Shown: piece after piece, positions 12,048 to 25,410 of the stretch
Layout: each line of letters starts with the position of its first letter
How positions within the stretch are numbered: position 1 is the stretch's first letter
Source: Malacoraja senta
Taxonomy: Eukaryota
Direction of reading: 5' to 3'
Length of the DNA: 64,000 nucleotides
NCBI GenBank assembly: GCA_038087875.1
Contig: CM075991.1
Span: 13,332,001 to 13,396,000 of the forward strand
Position numbers and translations under genes: made by a program
The notes under the pieces: model-generated
The model's input: only the letters and a program-made list of their open reading frames with translations
Databases searched by the model: none
What the model was told of the DNA's origin: nothing

Positions 12048-14034
12048 GTTATTGCAGTTAGACAGGTGATTATCTTGACATCATGTCAGCGTTTATTGTG
12101 GACCGAAGGGCCTGTTCCTGTGCTGTACTGTCCCATGTTCTGTGGTGAACCAACCGTTCACTGGGAGGTGTGGGTGGGTAATCCATCGCAACGTCTCCGG
12201 AGACTGAGTCATCCTGATTCAGTGCAGATAAACAGGCAATGCCCAGTCACCCTGAATCACTTCATCAGGGACAAGACGGCTTCTTTGCGGACCGTGTTAC
12301 GGGGAGTGGTTGGGAGGTGCAAGGGAGGTAATGAGTTGGAAGTACAGGGCACTCTTGGATTGTACAGGAAAGAAATGCAGATGCTGGTTTAAATCAGACT
12401 GGAGGGTCTCGACCCAAAACGTCACCCATTCCTTCTCTCCAGAGATGCTGCCTGTCCCGCTGAGTTACTCCAGTTTTTGGTGTCTACCTTGTATTCTTGG
12501 ATTGGGCTTCCAGGAGGAAGTATCAGCTACACCGGCATCTGAGGCCAAGGGTCAGATCCGCCCATGGGGATTAACGCAGGATTAGTGTAAGTGGGTGGTT
12601 GAGGGCTGCATGACTCAGTGGGCTGAAGCACCTGCTTCACACGACAGAGGAGTGAGTGGTGTCTAGGTAGATCCATCCAACTGGTGTGCTTGAAGAGGGC
12701 ACGAGGCAGATTCCAAACCCAGGACTTGGGTGCCCACACTATGGTCATTCTCTCCCTCCACTGCTGACCCCCTCAGGCTTCAGTGTCCACTTTCACCAAT
12801 GGGCCTCACCACTCATCAAGGCTCCTGCAAAGCATGTTCCAAAACTACCGGCAGCCACACAGAAACAAGTTCCCTGACCCCTTCCCCAGTCTGCCTCCCG
12901 TGGTCCAGAACCAATACACATCTCCACCCCTTTCAAGAACCATAAACCTCATGAGTCAAAAGGTTTTATGCTGTAAAAATTTAATTGTACCATTGTTACG
13001 TGTTTGAAACCACAGCTAGTGATCAACACAATGCCTGCACCATGACTCATGCATCATGGGCCATCATTTAGTGGAAAACTAAACAACGGGTGCATAGCTA
13101 ACATCCCTGTAGACACACACGTACACTCGCATGCACACACGTATGCATGCACACGCACATACACACACGCACGCACACACAGAGAACATACATCTCAGTG
13201 ACTGGTCCACCCAAGAGTCAAACCCTGAACTTACAATGACACCAAACCTGGGGACTCTGGACAACCTCAGTGTACTATTTCTGTACACTGGTACTATGTC
13301 TAAGATTTGCTCATGTATAGTAATACATGCACTGAACTATAAGCAAAAAAGAATGTCACTGTACCTTGGTACATGTGACAACAAACTATCACTGAACACT
13401 ACTCGAACATCTGCACCAGTTGTTCCTGCATGTGTGACATTTGCAAATTCCAGCATCTGTACTTTCTTGTATCTTGGTAAATATCGCTCTTCTCACTTGC
13501 CTCTATATTGGAGTTTTCTTTTGAAAAGCATAGAAATGTCTTTATTGATGCTCCTCTAACAACACCATCAAACACAGGTGGCCGTGAAATATTAATTGAG
13601 AAATATTGATGGAATCAAATCGCTTCCTTCATTTGCCCGTGCAGTCCCAGATACTTAACTAACTGCAAGATGCTTAGGGCATGTTGGAGTTGTGTACACT
13701 TATACACATGTCATAGAGGATGTGACTAGCAGGCTGTTTGAAACATTCATTGCCTTTAACCAGAGCTGTTTGGTATCCCACAAATCTGACGATGCCCAGA
13801 CTGCTGAAGCATTATTGAAGTGTGGTCCTGTTTAGTTAATTCTTGGTACAAATTTATTGACTGGAAAAGATCAGCAAATCAGGCAGCATCTGTAGAAAAA
13901 GAACAAGTCCAAGGTTCATCATTAGAATCTTCCAGTGTCTGCAGATTTTTTGGGATTTTCAATAAAACTATATTACTGTTTTCAGTCTTGTCTCTTGTTC
14001 CAGTAACAAATCTGCGACAACCTTCTCAATCCGT

Positions 14035-15290
14035 GATGTCCCTTGGTGTTAATATAACCAGCGATCTGCTGTCGACCAACCACATTGATGCAACAGCCAA
14101 CAAGGCACCAATATTTCCTCAGGAGACGAGGGAAATTCGGCATGTCTCCAGTGACGATTAAACATTTCTGCAGATGCGCCATAGAAAGCAAACTGTGGAG
14201 TTGCATCACACTGACCACACTCCCCACCATTGTAGATGTAGCCCAGTCCATCACACACACACAGACCACACTCCCCACCATTGTAGATGTAGCCCAGTCC
14301 ATCACACACACACAGACCACACTCCCCACCATTGTAGATGTAGCCCAGTCCATCACACTGACCAGGCTTCCCACCATTGTAGATGTAGCCCAGTCCATTA
14401 CACAGACCACACTCCCCACCATTGTAGATGTAGCCCAGTCCATCACACAGGCCACACTCCCCACCATTGTAGATGTAGCCCAGTCCATTACACAGACCAC
14501 ACTCCCCACCATTGTAGATGTAGCCCAGTCCATTACACAGACCACACTCCCCACCATTGTAGATGTAGCCCAGTCCATCACACAGACCACACTTCCCACC
14601 ATTGTAGATGTAGCCCAGTCCATTACACAGACCACACTCCCCACCATTGTAGATGTAGCCCAGTCCATTACACAGACCACACTCCCCACCATTGTAGATG
14701 TATCCCAGTCCATCACACAGACCACACTCCCCACCATTGTAGATGTAGCCCAGTCCATTACACAGACCACACTCCCCACCATTGTAGATGTAGCCCAGTC
14801 CATTACACAGACCACACTCCCCACCATTGTAGATGTAGCCCAGTCCATCACACAGACCACACTCCCACCATTGTAGATGTAGCCCAGTCCATCACACAGA
14901 CCAGGCTCCCCACCATTGTGAATAGCAGCAAACAAAATCAAAAACTTGTCCGATTCCTTCTTCTCCCTGCTCCCATCTGGTAGAAGGTACAGAAGCTTGA
15001 TAGCGCGCATCACCAGACTCGGGAACAGCTTCTTCCCCTCTGTTATCAGCTTCTGAATGGTGTTTCCATAAGCTAGGGTACTGTCCGATTCACTTTTACC
15101 CCATTGGACTTTGTCTCTGAAGCAGATGTGCTACAATGCTGAGAACTACACTCTGCACTCGGTATCTTCCCTTTGCTCACCTGTTGCACTTGAGTTTGAC
15201 TTTATTGTATTTATATATAGTATATCTGATCTGCTTGGATAGCATGCAGAACAAAGCTTTTCACTGCACCTCAGTACGTGATAATAATAT
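14035..15290 (+). mobile_element. Rex1/Babar-like LINE 3' fragment containing an internal 45-bp tandem expansion
   Basis: LGVNITSDL...YFLRR...CRCAIES before the array, PSGRRYRSL...NSFFPSVI after it, then a LINE-type 3' tail. Confidence 0.75.
14228..14920 (+). repeat. Minisatellite, ~15 x 45 bp
   Basis: Unit CATTGTAGATGTAGCCCAGTCCATYACACAGACCACACTCCCCAC; the first two units are 51 bp. Confidence 0.97.
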
Positions 15291-16021
15291 ATACAATTTT
15301 GTGATATTTGGGTCACAAAAATATTACAGAAATTATAACCTATTTAGAATATGTTTATATATATAAATGAACAAGCTGGCTGAGAGTAGACAATGAGAAG
15401 CGGCCTGTATACAAAGTGCACCCAACACGTATGAAGATGTGTTTGAACAGTGGTGGTTTCTGTAGGGAAATGAAACAGCACATGCAAGACATCAGCTGCC
15501 ACTCTCTCTAACATTGGAGAGAAGCTTCATCAGACAACCCGACTGCTCTCTGGAGAGGGTGCGTGTTAATCGTGACCCAACCCTGAGTGACCAGTCATTT
15601 AGGAATGCCAAGAGCCTTCATCAGCACAAAACCTTCACTTAATTACAAGGTGATTTGCTGTTTGACGAGTCTGACTAACACTTAGACTGAAATTAAACTC
15701 CTTCACGACAGCCCAGGCTTCAGTTGCAGGGGATGGAGGGAGATCACGCAAACTAGGGTTTCCACCCGATATTTCCTGGTAAACTTACACGCCAGATGAT
15801 GTCAAACAAAGAATTGACAGCTTGTTAGAAGAGGAGGAAAATAATGAGGGAGTGCTGTTTCATGATTTCTCAGGACCTGGTCCTAACTGCACTGTTACAG
15901 CCCCAGCCTCGAGCAAGATGTTATACTGAGGTACATCTGCCCTTTGAAACTGATGCAATAGGTATTATTTCATGGAGTGAGTCAGACCCCATTGGTCTGA
16001 CCGGTATTTATCCAACATACT

Positions 16022-16308
16022 GACAGCTGGTAGAGCTACTGCCTCACAGCATCAGAGACCAGAGTTCGATCCTGACCTCGGGTGCCATCTGTGTGGAGTT
16101 TGCACGTTCTCCTCTTGACCACGTGGGTTTCCTCCGGGTGCTTCGGTTTCCTCCTTCATTCCAAAGACATGCGCATTTGTAGGTTAATTGGCCCTCTGTA
16201 AATAGTGTGTAGGGCGTGGATGCGGAACAAGCATGAATGGGTGATCAATGGTCGGCGTGGACTCAGTGGGCTGAAGGGCCTGTATCCATGCTGTATCTTT
16301 CAATCAAT
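16022..16308 (+). mobile_element. tRNA-derived V-SINE (HE1-like)
   Basis: tRNA-like head with B-box GAGTTCGATCC, V-domain GTGTGGAGTTTGCACGTTCTC...GGTTTCCTCC, CR1-type tail. Related copies at about 9720-9850(-), 31380-31540(+), 46630-46875(+), 61480-61787(-), 63630-63840(-). Confidence 0.8.
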
Positions 16309-19131
16309 CTGTCCGTCTGTCGACCTGGCCATTATTGCAGAGTTTGGTGTGTACAACCTGACTTTTACATTTCCTACCATGGAAACTGGATTTTAAAAGT
16401 ACTTCAGTGACTGAGAAAATTTGGGGAGCCCATACATTATCTAAGATATTCCATATAAAATATAAATGAATTTGCACAAAGACAAAGAATCTGGCAATAT
16501 AAATTTGGTGAAACACAAGTTCTAATGAAATGAGGGTACAAAACATCCAGTGTGAGATCCTGTGTTTAGAGCCCCTGTGGCAGAGGCAGGAGAAATTATA
16601 CCAGGGAAGAACTAGCCCAAAGATTAAACAAATATTGTGATATCTTCCGTGAAAAGAGCCAAAGGGATTCTCAGATTAAGAACGTGTTTAAAGAGAATGA
16701 GAAGCCGAAATAAATCAACATTAGCAAAAATAATACTGGCAAAATGAAAGAGAAACTATGAGAACGTGTTTTGACAGGTGATAGATTTACATATCATAGA
16801 CTCTGGCCCTTCAACCCACTATCTCCATGCTGACCATCTAGAAGACCATAAAACCATAAGACGTAGCAACAGAATTAGGCCATCTGCCCCATCAATTCTC
16901 CACCATTCGATCATGGCTGATCTATCTTTCCCTCTCAACCCCATTCTCCTGCCTTCTCCTCGTAACCTTTGACGCCCTTACTAACCTAAAACCTGTCAAT
17001 ATCGACATTAAAAATACCCAATGACTTGGCCTCCACTGCTGTCTGTTGCAATGAATTCCACAGATTCACCACCCTCTGGCTAAAGAAATTCCTCTCATCT
17101 CCCTTCTAAAGGTACGTTCTTTTATTCCAAGGCTGTGCCTTCTGGTCCTAGACTCTCCCACTAGTGGAAACATCCTCTCCACATTCACTCTATCTATGCC
17201 AATATCATTTTGCCTTGTGCATTTCATCAGCTCATCCTTACCCACCTACTGCAGGGATAATCTTTGAATCAATAAATCCACTACCTGCACTTCCTGACGT
17301 GGACAGAAAAGCAAGCAGCCAGCGAGAATCTGTCAAATGGGACAGGCACCTAGTAATTAATAGTAGGATTGGACAGAACCAACATGGATTTATGAAAAGA
17401 AAAATCATTTTTGACAAATACAGGAATGAGAATGGATATGGGAACCATTTAGTATGGCATATTTAGATTTTCAGAAGGCCTCTGCATAGGATTATTATGC
17501 AAAATTCAAGTACTGGCCTTAGAGTCATAGAATGATAGTGTGGAAACAGGCACTTCGGCCCAACATGCCATACCAGCCTACATGTCCCAGCTACCCTAGT
17601 CCCACCTGCATGTGCTTGGTCCATATCCCTCCAAACTTGTCCTATCCATGTACCTGTGTAACTGTTTCTTAAACGTTGGGATAGTGAAGTTCAAGTTCAC
17701 ATTTATTGTCACATTCACCAACTATGGTACGGTGATATTTTAGTTACCATACAGCCATACAATAAAGAACACAATACACGATAGAGTTTAACGTAAACAT
17801 CCATCACAGTGGAATCAGCATTCCTCACTGTGATGGAAGGCAATAAAGTTCAGTCCCAACCTCAACTACCTCCTCTGGCAGCTTGTTCCATACACCCACC
17901 ACCCTTGTGTGAAAAAGTTACTCCTCGGATTCCTATTAAATCTTTCCACTCCATCTTGAATCTATGTCGTCTGGTCCTCGATTCCCCTCCTCTGGGCAAC
18001 AGACTCTGTGCATCTACCCGATCAATTCCTCCATGATCAACAGGGCCAATAGGCAGCTTTCTCACACTGAGGGTGGTGAATATATGAAACGAGCTGCCAA
18101 AGGAAGAGGTAGTGCAGGGTACAATCAGTAAAAGAGTTGCTTGGGTAAATGGATGGGAAAGGTCCAGGCACTGGCAGGTTGGAGTAGTTTGGTAACCTCA
18201 TCGGGGGGAATGGGCGAGATGGGCCAAATGGCCGTTTCTGTGCTGTGTGGCTCTGTGGCTAGTGAGGTAAACTTTAACAAAGTAAAGAGTGACAACTTGG
18301 CACATGAAGAAAGCAAATCCAAAAATCACTTCAATTGGCTGCTTTTGGTGAGTATAACTGCAAGAGCTGTGTTAACTAACACACAGGGATGTAAACACTG
18401 GCCGCTTGACACAACAATATCAGGTACAACACAATTGGGTGTAGTCTTCATAACTGCACAGCAACCAATGAGGGCCCGTAATGAGGTACTTGCCCTGGTT
18501 ACTCAGCAATGGTCATTGGTGCTGGATTTCTTTTGCAGCCTTGCACCCATCACAGCCTCTCATTACACCGCCAGGAAAACAAGTGTTAACCATGGATGAG
18601 GAAGCTATGAAGAACAGGCAGTTCCTCAATATCCAGCCCATCATTCTGTGCACTAGCTCGCCATTTCCTGTCCATTTTGTACAATTTTGCAGAAGTACAT
18701 TTCAAATGGGATCTTACCTCTACGAGATAGGCCTGTATTCCAGTGATTCAAAGATGGCTCCAATTCAACGTCTGTTGGAAGGTTAATGTCCGAACCCACT
18801 GCACCACCTCAGGTGCCCTTTACCTGCCGCAGTCGTAGGGGGTGCAGATTGTGAAGCTGGAGTAACTCAGCGGGACCGGCAGTGTTTCTGGAGCGAAGGA
18901 ATGGGTGATGTTTTGGGTCGAGACCCTTCTTCAGGCTATTAAACACTACAACCTCCAACTATAAACTGCCTTGATTGCATTAGGGATTTAGGGGAGGCAT
19001 ATTTTTATCTTTGCACAGTATTGTGTTTTTATATATTGAACCACTTTTAGTTGCTTACAACTAAGTAATTGTGGAATGCAATCACTGCAAACAGATCACA
19101 GAGACAATTAAATAATGAAATAAATTGTGTT

Positions 19132-19137
19132 TTTAAT
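19132..19137 (-). terminator. candidate distal poly(A) signal of MXD1 (ATTAAA), implying a ~5.5-kb 3'UTR
   Basis: ATTAAA on - followed by a T/GT-rich tract; 19140-24636 is comparatively repeat-poor. An AATAAA at 21165-21170 is an alternative. Confidence 0.4.
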
Positions 19138-22100
19138 TTTATACAACAGTTGAACAATACATTAAGTGTACATACACAGAAACATGTCTAACATACAGTT
19201 GCCTGACACATGTTCTGCCTGGAATAAGAACCACTGTATGGTCTTGACAGAGGATAAGGTATTTGCAATAATCAGCATAAGAAAAATAAGGAATTGTGTT
19301 CTCACCAATTTCCACTGGGCTGCAAGTGGATGGTTTAATCCAATCAAGCGATGGCCAAAGAGGGTGTCACTGAAGGACATTCAACCAGTTTGCTACACAC
19401 ACACACAGGAATCTTGAGCAAAACAAAGTGCTGGAATAACTCAGCAGGCGAGGCAGCATTTGTGCAGGGAATGAATAAATGAAGTTTTGGGCAAGGACCC
19501 TTCTTCATAGTTTTTTTTTACAGAGGGCGCCCAACCGCTGAGAACCCAGCACTTTGTTTGGCATCGTTCTTTTTTTATGGCTCAGCTAAGGAGCCAACGT
19601 TGAGAGTGGATGATGCCCCAACAGTGAGGAAAGTAGGCTCACTACCTGAAACGTCACCTATCCATGTTCTCCACAGATGCAGCCTGACCCGCTGAGTTAC
19701 TCCAGCACTCTGTGAAACGTCACCTATCCATGTTCTCCAGAGATGCTGCCTGAACCGCTGAGTTACTCCAGCTTCTTGAGTCTATCATAGGCTACCTATA
19801 GTTAGGACCAGGCCAGTAGGAATTCCTTTGGTCAGACAGAGACACTGCTGGATGTGGAGAAAATCTTCCCATTCAGGGGGTTCATGATACGAAATGTCAA
19901 AATTCTAAGTCAATCTACTCATCTTTTAAAATGAAAGCACACATCTGCCTTGTACATCCTTAATTTTACCTGTCCTGCACACAACCATGATGATTCTTCA
20001 AATGAACAGGCATTGAATAGCTAAAGAATATTGAAGGAACTGTAGAAACGCCAAACCAAAGGCAACGTTGAAATTATTCATAGTTTACCAAATTGTCAGG
20101 CATATAATAGAAGGAAATATCTAAAATAAACACATTAGAAGCAAGCAAGCAAACTGTGTCTGTGCCAATAGTGTCTGGAGGAAGTTAATATTTCCAGTGC
20201 CACTAATCCATTCCTCTCCAGTTTGCTTGTGCACACTCTCTAGGCTAAAGCACAACACCAGTCCATACAAACACTCTCCAGCACCAAGGGTTGCTTTACA
20301 AGTACATTTATAGAATATAATTCTGCACATGTCAACTGCGAATGTTACGGGAACAAGGCCCCACATAAAGTTTTAGAAAGTTTTATTGCTAGATGAAGTC
20401 CATGTAGAGCTGCTGCCTATCACCATTGTTGCAGGGTATTTGTCACCAAATTACACACCATCACGGACAGCTAGTTGTGTTTACAGAAGCAGCTCCTATA
20501 TTGCAATCTGACATGGAAATTTAAAATGGGGGAATGTTTGCATGTTTGTCCTGTTTAAGATGCTCTACCACTGGGGTTGCCATCTCTTGCCTCCCACCTG
20601 GTGCACACTATGGAACACTGATTAGAACATTCACAATACAAGTGCCAAAAACAGAAAGGTATTATGAAAGGCTGTGCCCCAGACTGCACAGTAACTACAC
20701 TATGTAAGACTTTTAGCCTACACTGGTAAAGCTCCACAATCACAGACAACATTTGGTAGTAACTCAACCATGTTACAGTCTCCCCAAGCAAACATCAGCT
20801 CTTTATCAGGTACAGTCAGTGTTAAAACCTGGTAGTTTATATGTAAAAAGACAGACCGACACACACAAAAGCTCAGATTAAATCTGGAGGACAGCGTGCA
20901 GAGGTGAGAAGGCACAATTTCACCTTGCTGATTTCATGATGCATGTCCAAGATATTCCTCACAAACAATACTCCAAGGTGTGGGTACTGCATTTTCAAAA
21001 GTGCTCAATTCAGAAACAAGGCAGGCAGGCTTTCTAACTCCCCCCCCCCCCCCCCCCCTCTCATTTGCACAACAGATGAAATCATACTTTGGTGAGGGGC
21101 AAGAGTCACACTCCAATTACTTAGTAAATACAATCTGGAGCAACAAGGCATTGTTCCACTTCACATTTATTAATAGGCTTACCGACACTGCAACTTTATT
21201 TATACTGCATTTTGGTTGAGAATATTGAAAATGTATTACGTGGTTATAGTCACATCTCATGGCATGACCTTCTCACCAGGGAGGTGTGGGTATTCTTAGC
21301 ACCCAGCCTCACAACTAAAGATTATGCCTGGTCTTTGAACATGTGTTTGCACCTTTTGAGAAGCGGTGCTGTAAATTGAACTAGTGCTCTCGGCACAAAC
21401 TTGTCATGTGGCACATCAGTGCCGATAAGCCCAGTAACAACTGTATAATGAAGCACTTTTGATCGTTCATTTAAATTGTCTTGTTAATTAACAATAACAT
21501 TGAGAAAATGTTGCAATTCCTTGTAAAAGAAAATCCATGCATACCGATAGTTAGTGAGGAAGATTAGTGCAAATGTAGAAGGGCTGGTGCATTCTACACA
21601 CAATGATAAATCACACTCACTCTAGAACAACGAGAAGTAAGATAAGAATTTCTAAACAATGCTTGACGTATTGGTACAATGTACAGAATGCTCAGCATTC
21701 ATTATGCACGTGAGAGAGTACCAATTTTCAGTCTACAAATTACATTTATACGGATGCCAAGAGCAAACGCATCTCTGGACTGAGTTTTTGCGCAAGCCAC
21801 ATGGCTCTCCTCACTAACTTGTGCAGTGGAACTGTGAAGGTGCAATTCATTGAGCTACAGCTGTGTGTGTGAGCAAGACTGACACTGCTGGGTACACTTA
21901 CAATCAGTGCTGGCATCTTCAGGTACTAGTGCAGGTAAAATTAGGAACAAAGAACTGAAGATGCTGATTTGTACCAAAGATAGACACAAAGTGTGGAGTA
22001 ACTAAGCGGGTCAGGCAGCATCTCTGGAGAAAAAGGATAGATGGCGTTTCAGGTCGGGACCCTTCTTTGATTGAAGAAGCACTTTGCAGGTAAAATTAAT

Positions 22101-24636
22101 TTGTGTGGTGATCGGATAAGGCAGGTGGGTGGATAAAACCAGGGGAAGACAGAATGGGAGAGTTAGGGGAGGTGTTGGAAAGTCAACAAGCTCTACAAAT
22201 AAGGTGTAACTCACTAACATTGGTGTGTATTCTCTAATTGCGAAGAGTTATTGTAAAAAGGGTGCGGGGACGATTACTAAAACACCAGGCAGGCTTCGAT
22301 ACAGCTACAGTTTCACTGCAGCCACAACTCCAAGTACATCTATGACCACCTCTCGGAGGCAGCATTTCTCCCAGTGAGTTTGGTCTTGTATGTGCAGCCC
22401 TCGACCAATACAGGCAAGCCTCACATCCAGCACCAGATACAATACTTCAGAGACATGAGGGTATGAACTGACACTGGTGCCATTCCTATGGAGATCCAAC
22501 TAAGGTTACAGAGTTATAGTCAAGACAATTTGTTCAGCTGCCTTCTTTGACTGACATAGTTCAGTAAAGTGATTTCCTGATACAGGCTGAAGTGAGAATC
22601 ATGAATTCATAGCTGTAACAGATGTTTGCTGGTTGCTATGAGCAGGTGGTGTCAGAGACACCTATTTGTACTTGTGCAAGTCGAAGTGTTCATTATTGAA
22701 CTGTTGCCATTGGCAACACAAGGGTAAAAGTGGCCTGCCACTAAGTAAAATTACTGCCCCGTCTTGGGTGTGAGAAAGGGCAAGGTGTCTTCAAAACCAC
22801 ACCAAACCTTTGTACCAAATTATTTTCATTTTTGAACTTAGAGCTTATTTTGCCTTAGAATTGCAGTTAATAGCCAGAAACTGCACTAGAACTGCAATGG
22901 ACAGAATCATTTTAAGGAGTGCAAAAAGATAAAAACACACAATTTCAGTAATGCACGAACAGGTCGTTGTCAGATGGCCCCACTGAGTAGTAAGCAAAGG
23001 ATTAGATTTCTTATTGCAGCTACTGGTACATGTGTGTGAATGAGGAACTGAACATGTAGAAAACGCATCATTCACAAACAATTACGGGTTGGGGCAAACA
23101 TTTCATAGTACACGTGGACCAGGTAAGACAATCCAAATATATAACAATTATATATAAGTAAATTAAAACAAGCTATGAAAAGTGTCAAAGAAAAACAAGA
23201 ATGCCTCAAGTTTAAGACAAATGGAAGTGCTTGAAGTTTACACTATTGAAGGAACCAATCTGTGGCTACCATCAGGTGCGTGTGCTGACCTACATTAACT
23301 CACTGAATGAGAGCACTATGGACTGTTCTAACAGGCTGCTATTACCTCTCCAGCACGGTGGCAGGGATGGAAACAGGTCAAGGCTGATGGTATTTGAAAG
23401 AAATGTCAGCACAAGGCTGATGATTCAAGACTGCTTATCAGAAACTTTAAAAAAGCAAGCAGGGACTCCAACATCCTTTGCTGTTTATACTCCACACCTT
23501 TAAGACTATTTCACGATATAGAAAGACAAGTGACACCAGTGAAATTCAACATGAGCTACTTAGACCGTGACTTCCCACAACAATACTGGAGGACAAAACA
23601 GACCTCAAACTGTCACACTTATCAGATGACAAAACAAAACATTGTGTCTGAGAATCAACTTCAAATTAAATGTATAAGATTTATAGTGACCATAGAATTT
23701 AACTGCAGCATTATTTTCAAGACCCATGTTTTGGACTTGAATCTATTTTATAACACAGGCGACCCATGAAAAGTTCTAATGCAAAATACTGCAGGTGCTG
23801 GGAATATTCCAGGGTTCATGACAGAATGAGCCAAGAGCCATCGTTGACGTCACCAAAGATGCTACCAGACCTGCTGCATATTCCCAGCAACACCAGCATT
23901 TTGCTTTTGCGCGAGAATGCTCAGTGAATTCAAACAAATTACCTGAAAAGTGCAATCAAAATTGACGGCTAAATATCCAGTTCCAGTTTTTAGAATAATC
24001 TTCAGGGGCTAGCTGAAGCAGGTGTGATGACATGGAGTGCATCCAGTACCAAATGATTGGGCAATATGGTGCCAGGAAGGTGGAATATCTAATGAAACCA
24101 ATCAAATTGAAGTTTACCCATTACTGAAATATAGCAATTAAGACATATACGAGTGGACGCATGCTTGCTCTAAGGAGTAATGTTCAATTTGTGAAAAACA
24201 CAAAGGAAGACCACAAACTTGAAAATACTATCGTACATAAACAACAGACTGCATTATTACTCAGTGCCCTTGGGCAAAATATGTTTGCAGGCTATTGAAT
24301 TGTTCTCTTTCTGATCCAAGGATTGTATGTGAATCAAAATATAGTGCTGGTGGAGAGGGAGATGCTACAGTTTGAGAGGAAGGGATGAGCACATAAAAAA
24401 GCTGGACCAGCAAACAACAATGCGCCTTCAGAGTAAAACGTACTCCTATCCCTCTCCAAACCTCCCTTACTTTCTTAAAGTGATCGGTAGGTCCTTCAGG
24501 GCAAATCTGAAGTACCAGGAAGCAATAAGCATGTTGAATAAGAGAGAAAAAGACATGTTGTGCTACAGAACACTAAGTCCAACCACAGAGTAGTAACTCA
24601 TCATATGAAAGTACTATCCGATGGGACTGGATTCCT

Positions 24637-24827
24637 TTATAGGCTGGCAAGAGTTTTGTGAGTGGTAGGGAGCAGTTTCTTTCGCATGATGCCCGTGCTG
24701 AAGTATCCCTCGTCACTGCCGCTGCTCTTCACGCTGATCTGCTCGTCAGAGTCACTCACACCACTATTGCTCCAATCCAGTTCCCTCGCCATGCACTCAG
24801 TGCTTTCCACATCCACATCAATTTCTT
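24637..24827 (-). CDS. MXD1: MXD1 exon 6 coding part, 191 nt, TAA stop
   Basis: tctcctgcag|AA GAA ATT...; EEIDVDVESTECMARELDWSNSGVSDSDEQISVKSSGSDEGYFSTGIMRKKLLPTTHKTLASL*. Exons sum to 663 nt = 220 aa + stop. Confidence 0.95.
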
Positions 24828-25410
24828 CTGCAGGAGAAAACAAAAGATCACCAGAAGTAGTGAGAGCTTTGCACTTTGTTAATCATTTTATATTCCCATT
24901 CCATTTATTTAACTGCAAGTTTATATTGTTGAAATAAACCTTTGTTTTTTGTTTTTTAACTTTGTAGAACACCGCTACTTATATTTACAAAATCCTTTAA
25001 TATATGGGATATTTATGGTTTAACATGGCAATGGTCATCGAATGTACGCAGTGAAATTATCTGACCACACCCCCAGACATAGTCCCATCTCCCAACGCTG
25101 TCCGATTTCACAGCATTATCATCATCATTCACCACAACCAAGTGGTACGTTTCTTATATTACCAAAATTCCCTAGATTCAGGAAATGTTTCATTAGATTA
25201 GAAAATAACAATGTAACTCCTATATTTAAAAGAGAGACCAAAAGTAGGAAACTACAGCCCAATTAGCTCAACCCAAAAACACAAATGGGCACAAGGCCAT
25301 GTGACTCTATAAGCCTGTTCTGCTTTTCAATATGATCATAACTGATCATCCAGATCCAGCATCCCATATTGCATTCCACATACCCTTGAGAGCGCACTTG
25401 AGATCCCTAC

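Noticed and set aside
14228..14920. Regular repeat array as a CRISPR array or repeat-protein gene
   Set aside because: Units are head-to-tail with no unique spacers, there are no cas genes, the context is eukaryotic, and the unit derives from a LINE ORF.
16022..16085. tRNA gene
   Set aside because: The A/B-box-like head runs straight into a V-SINE body and I could not fold a cloverleaf.
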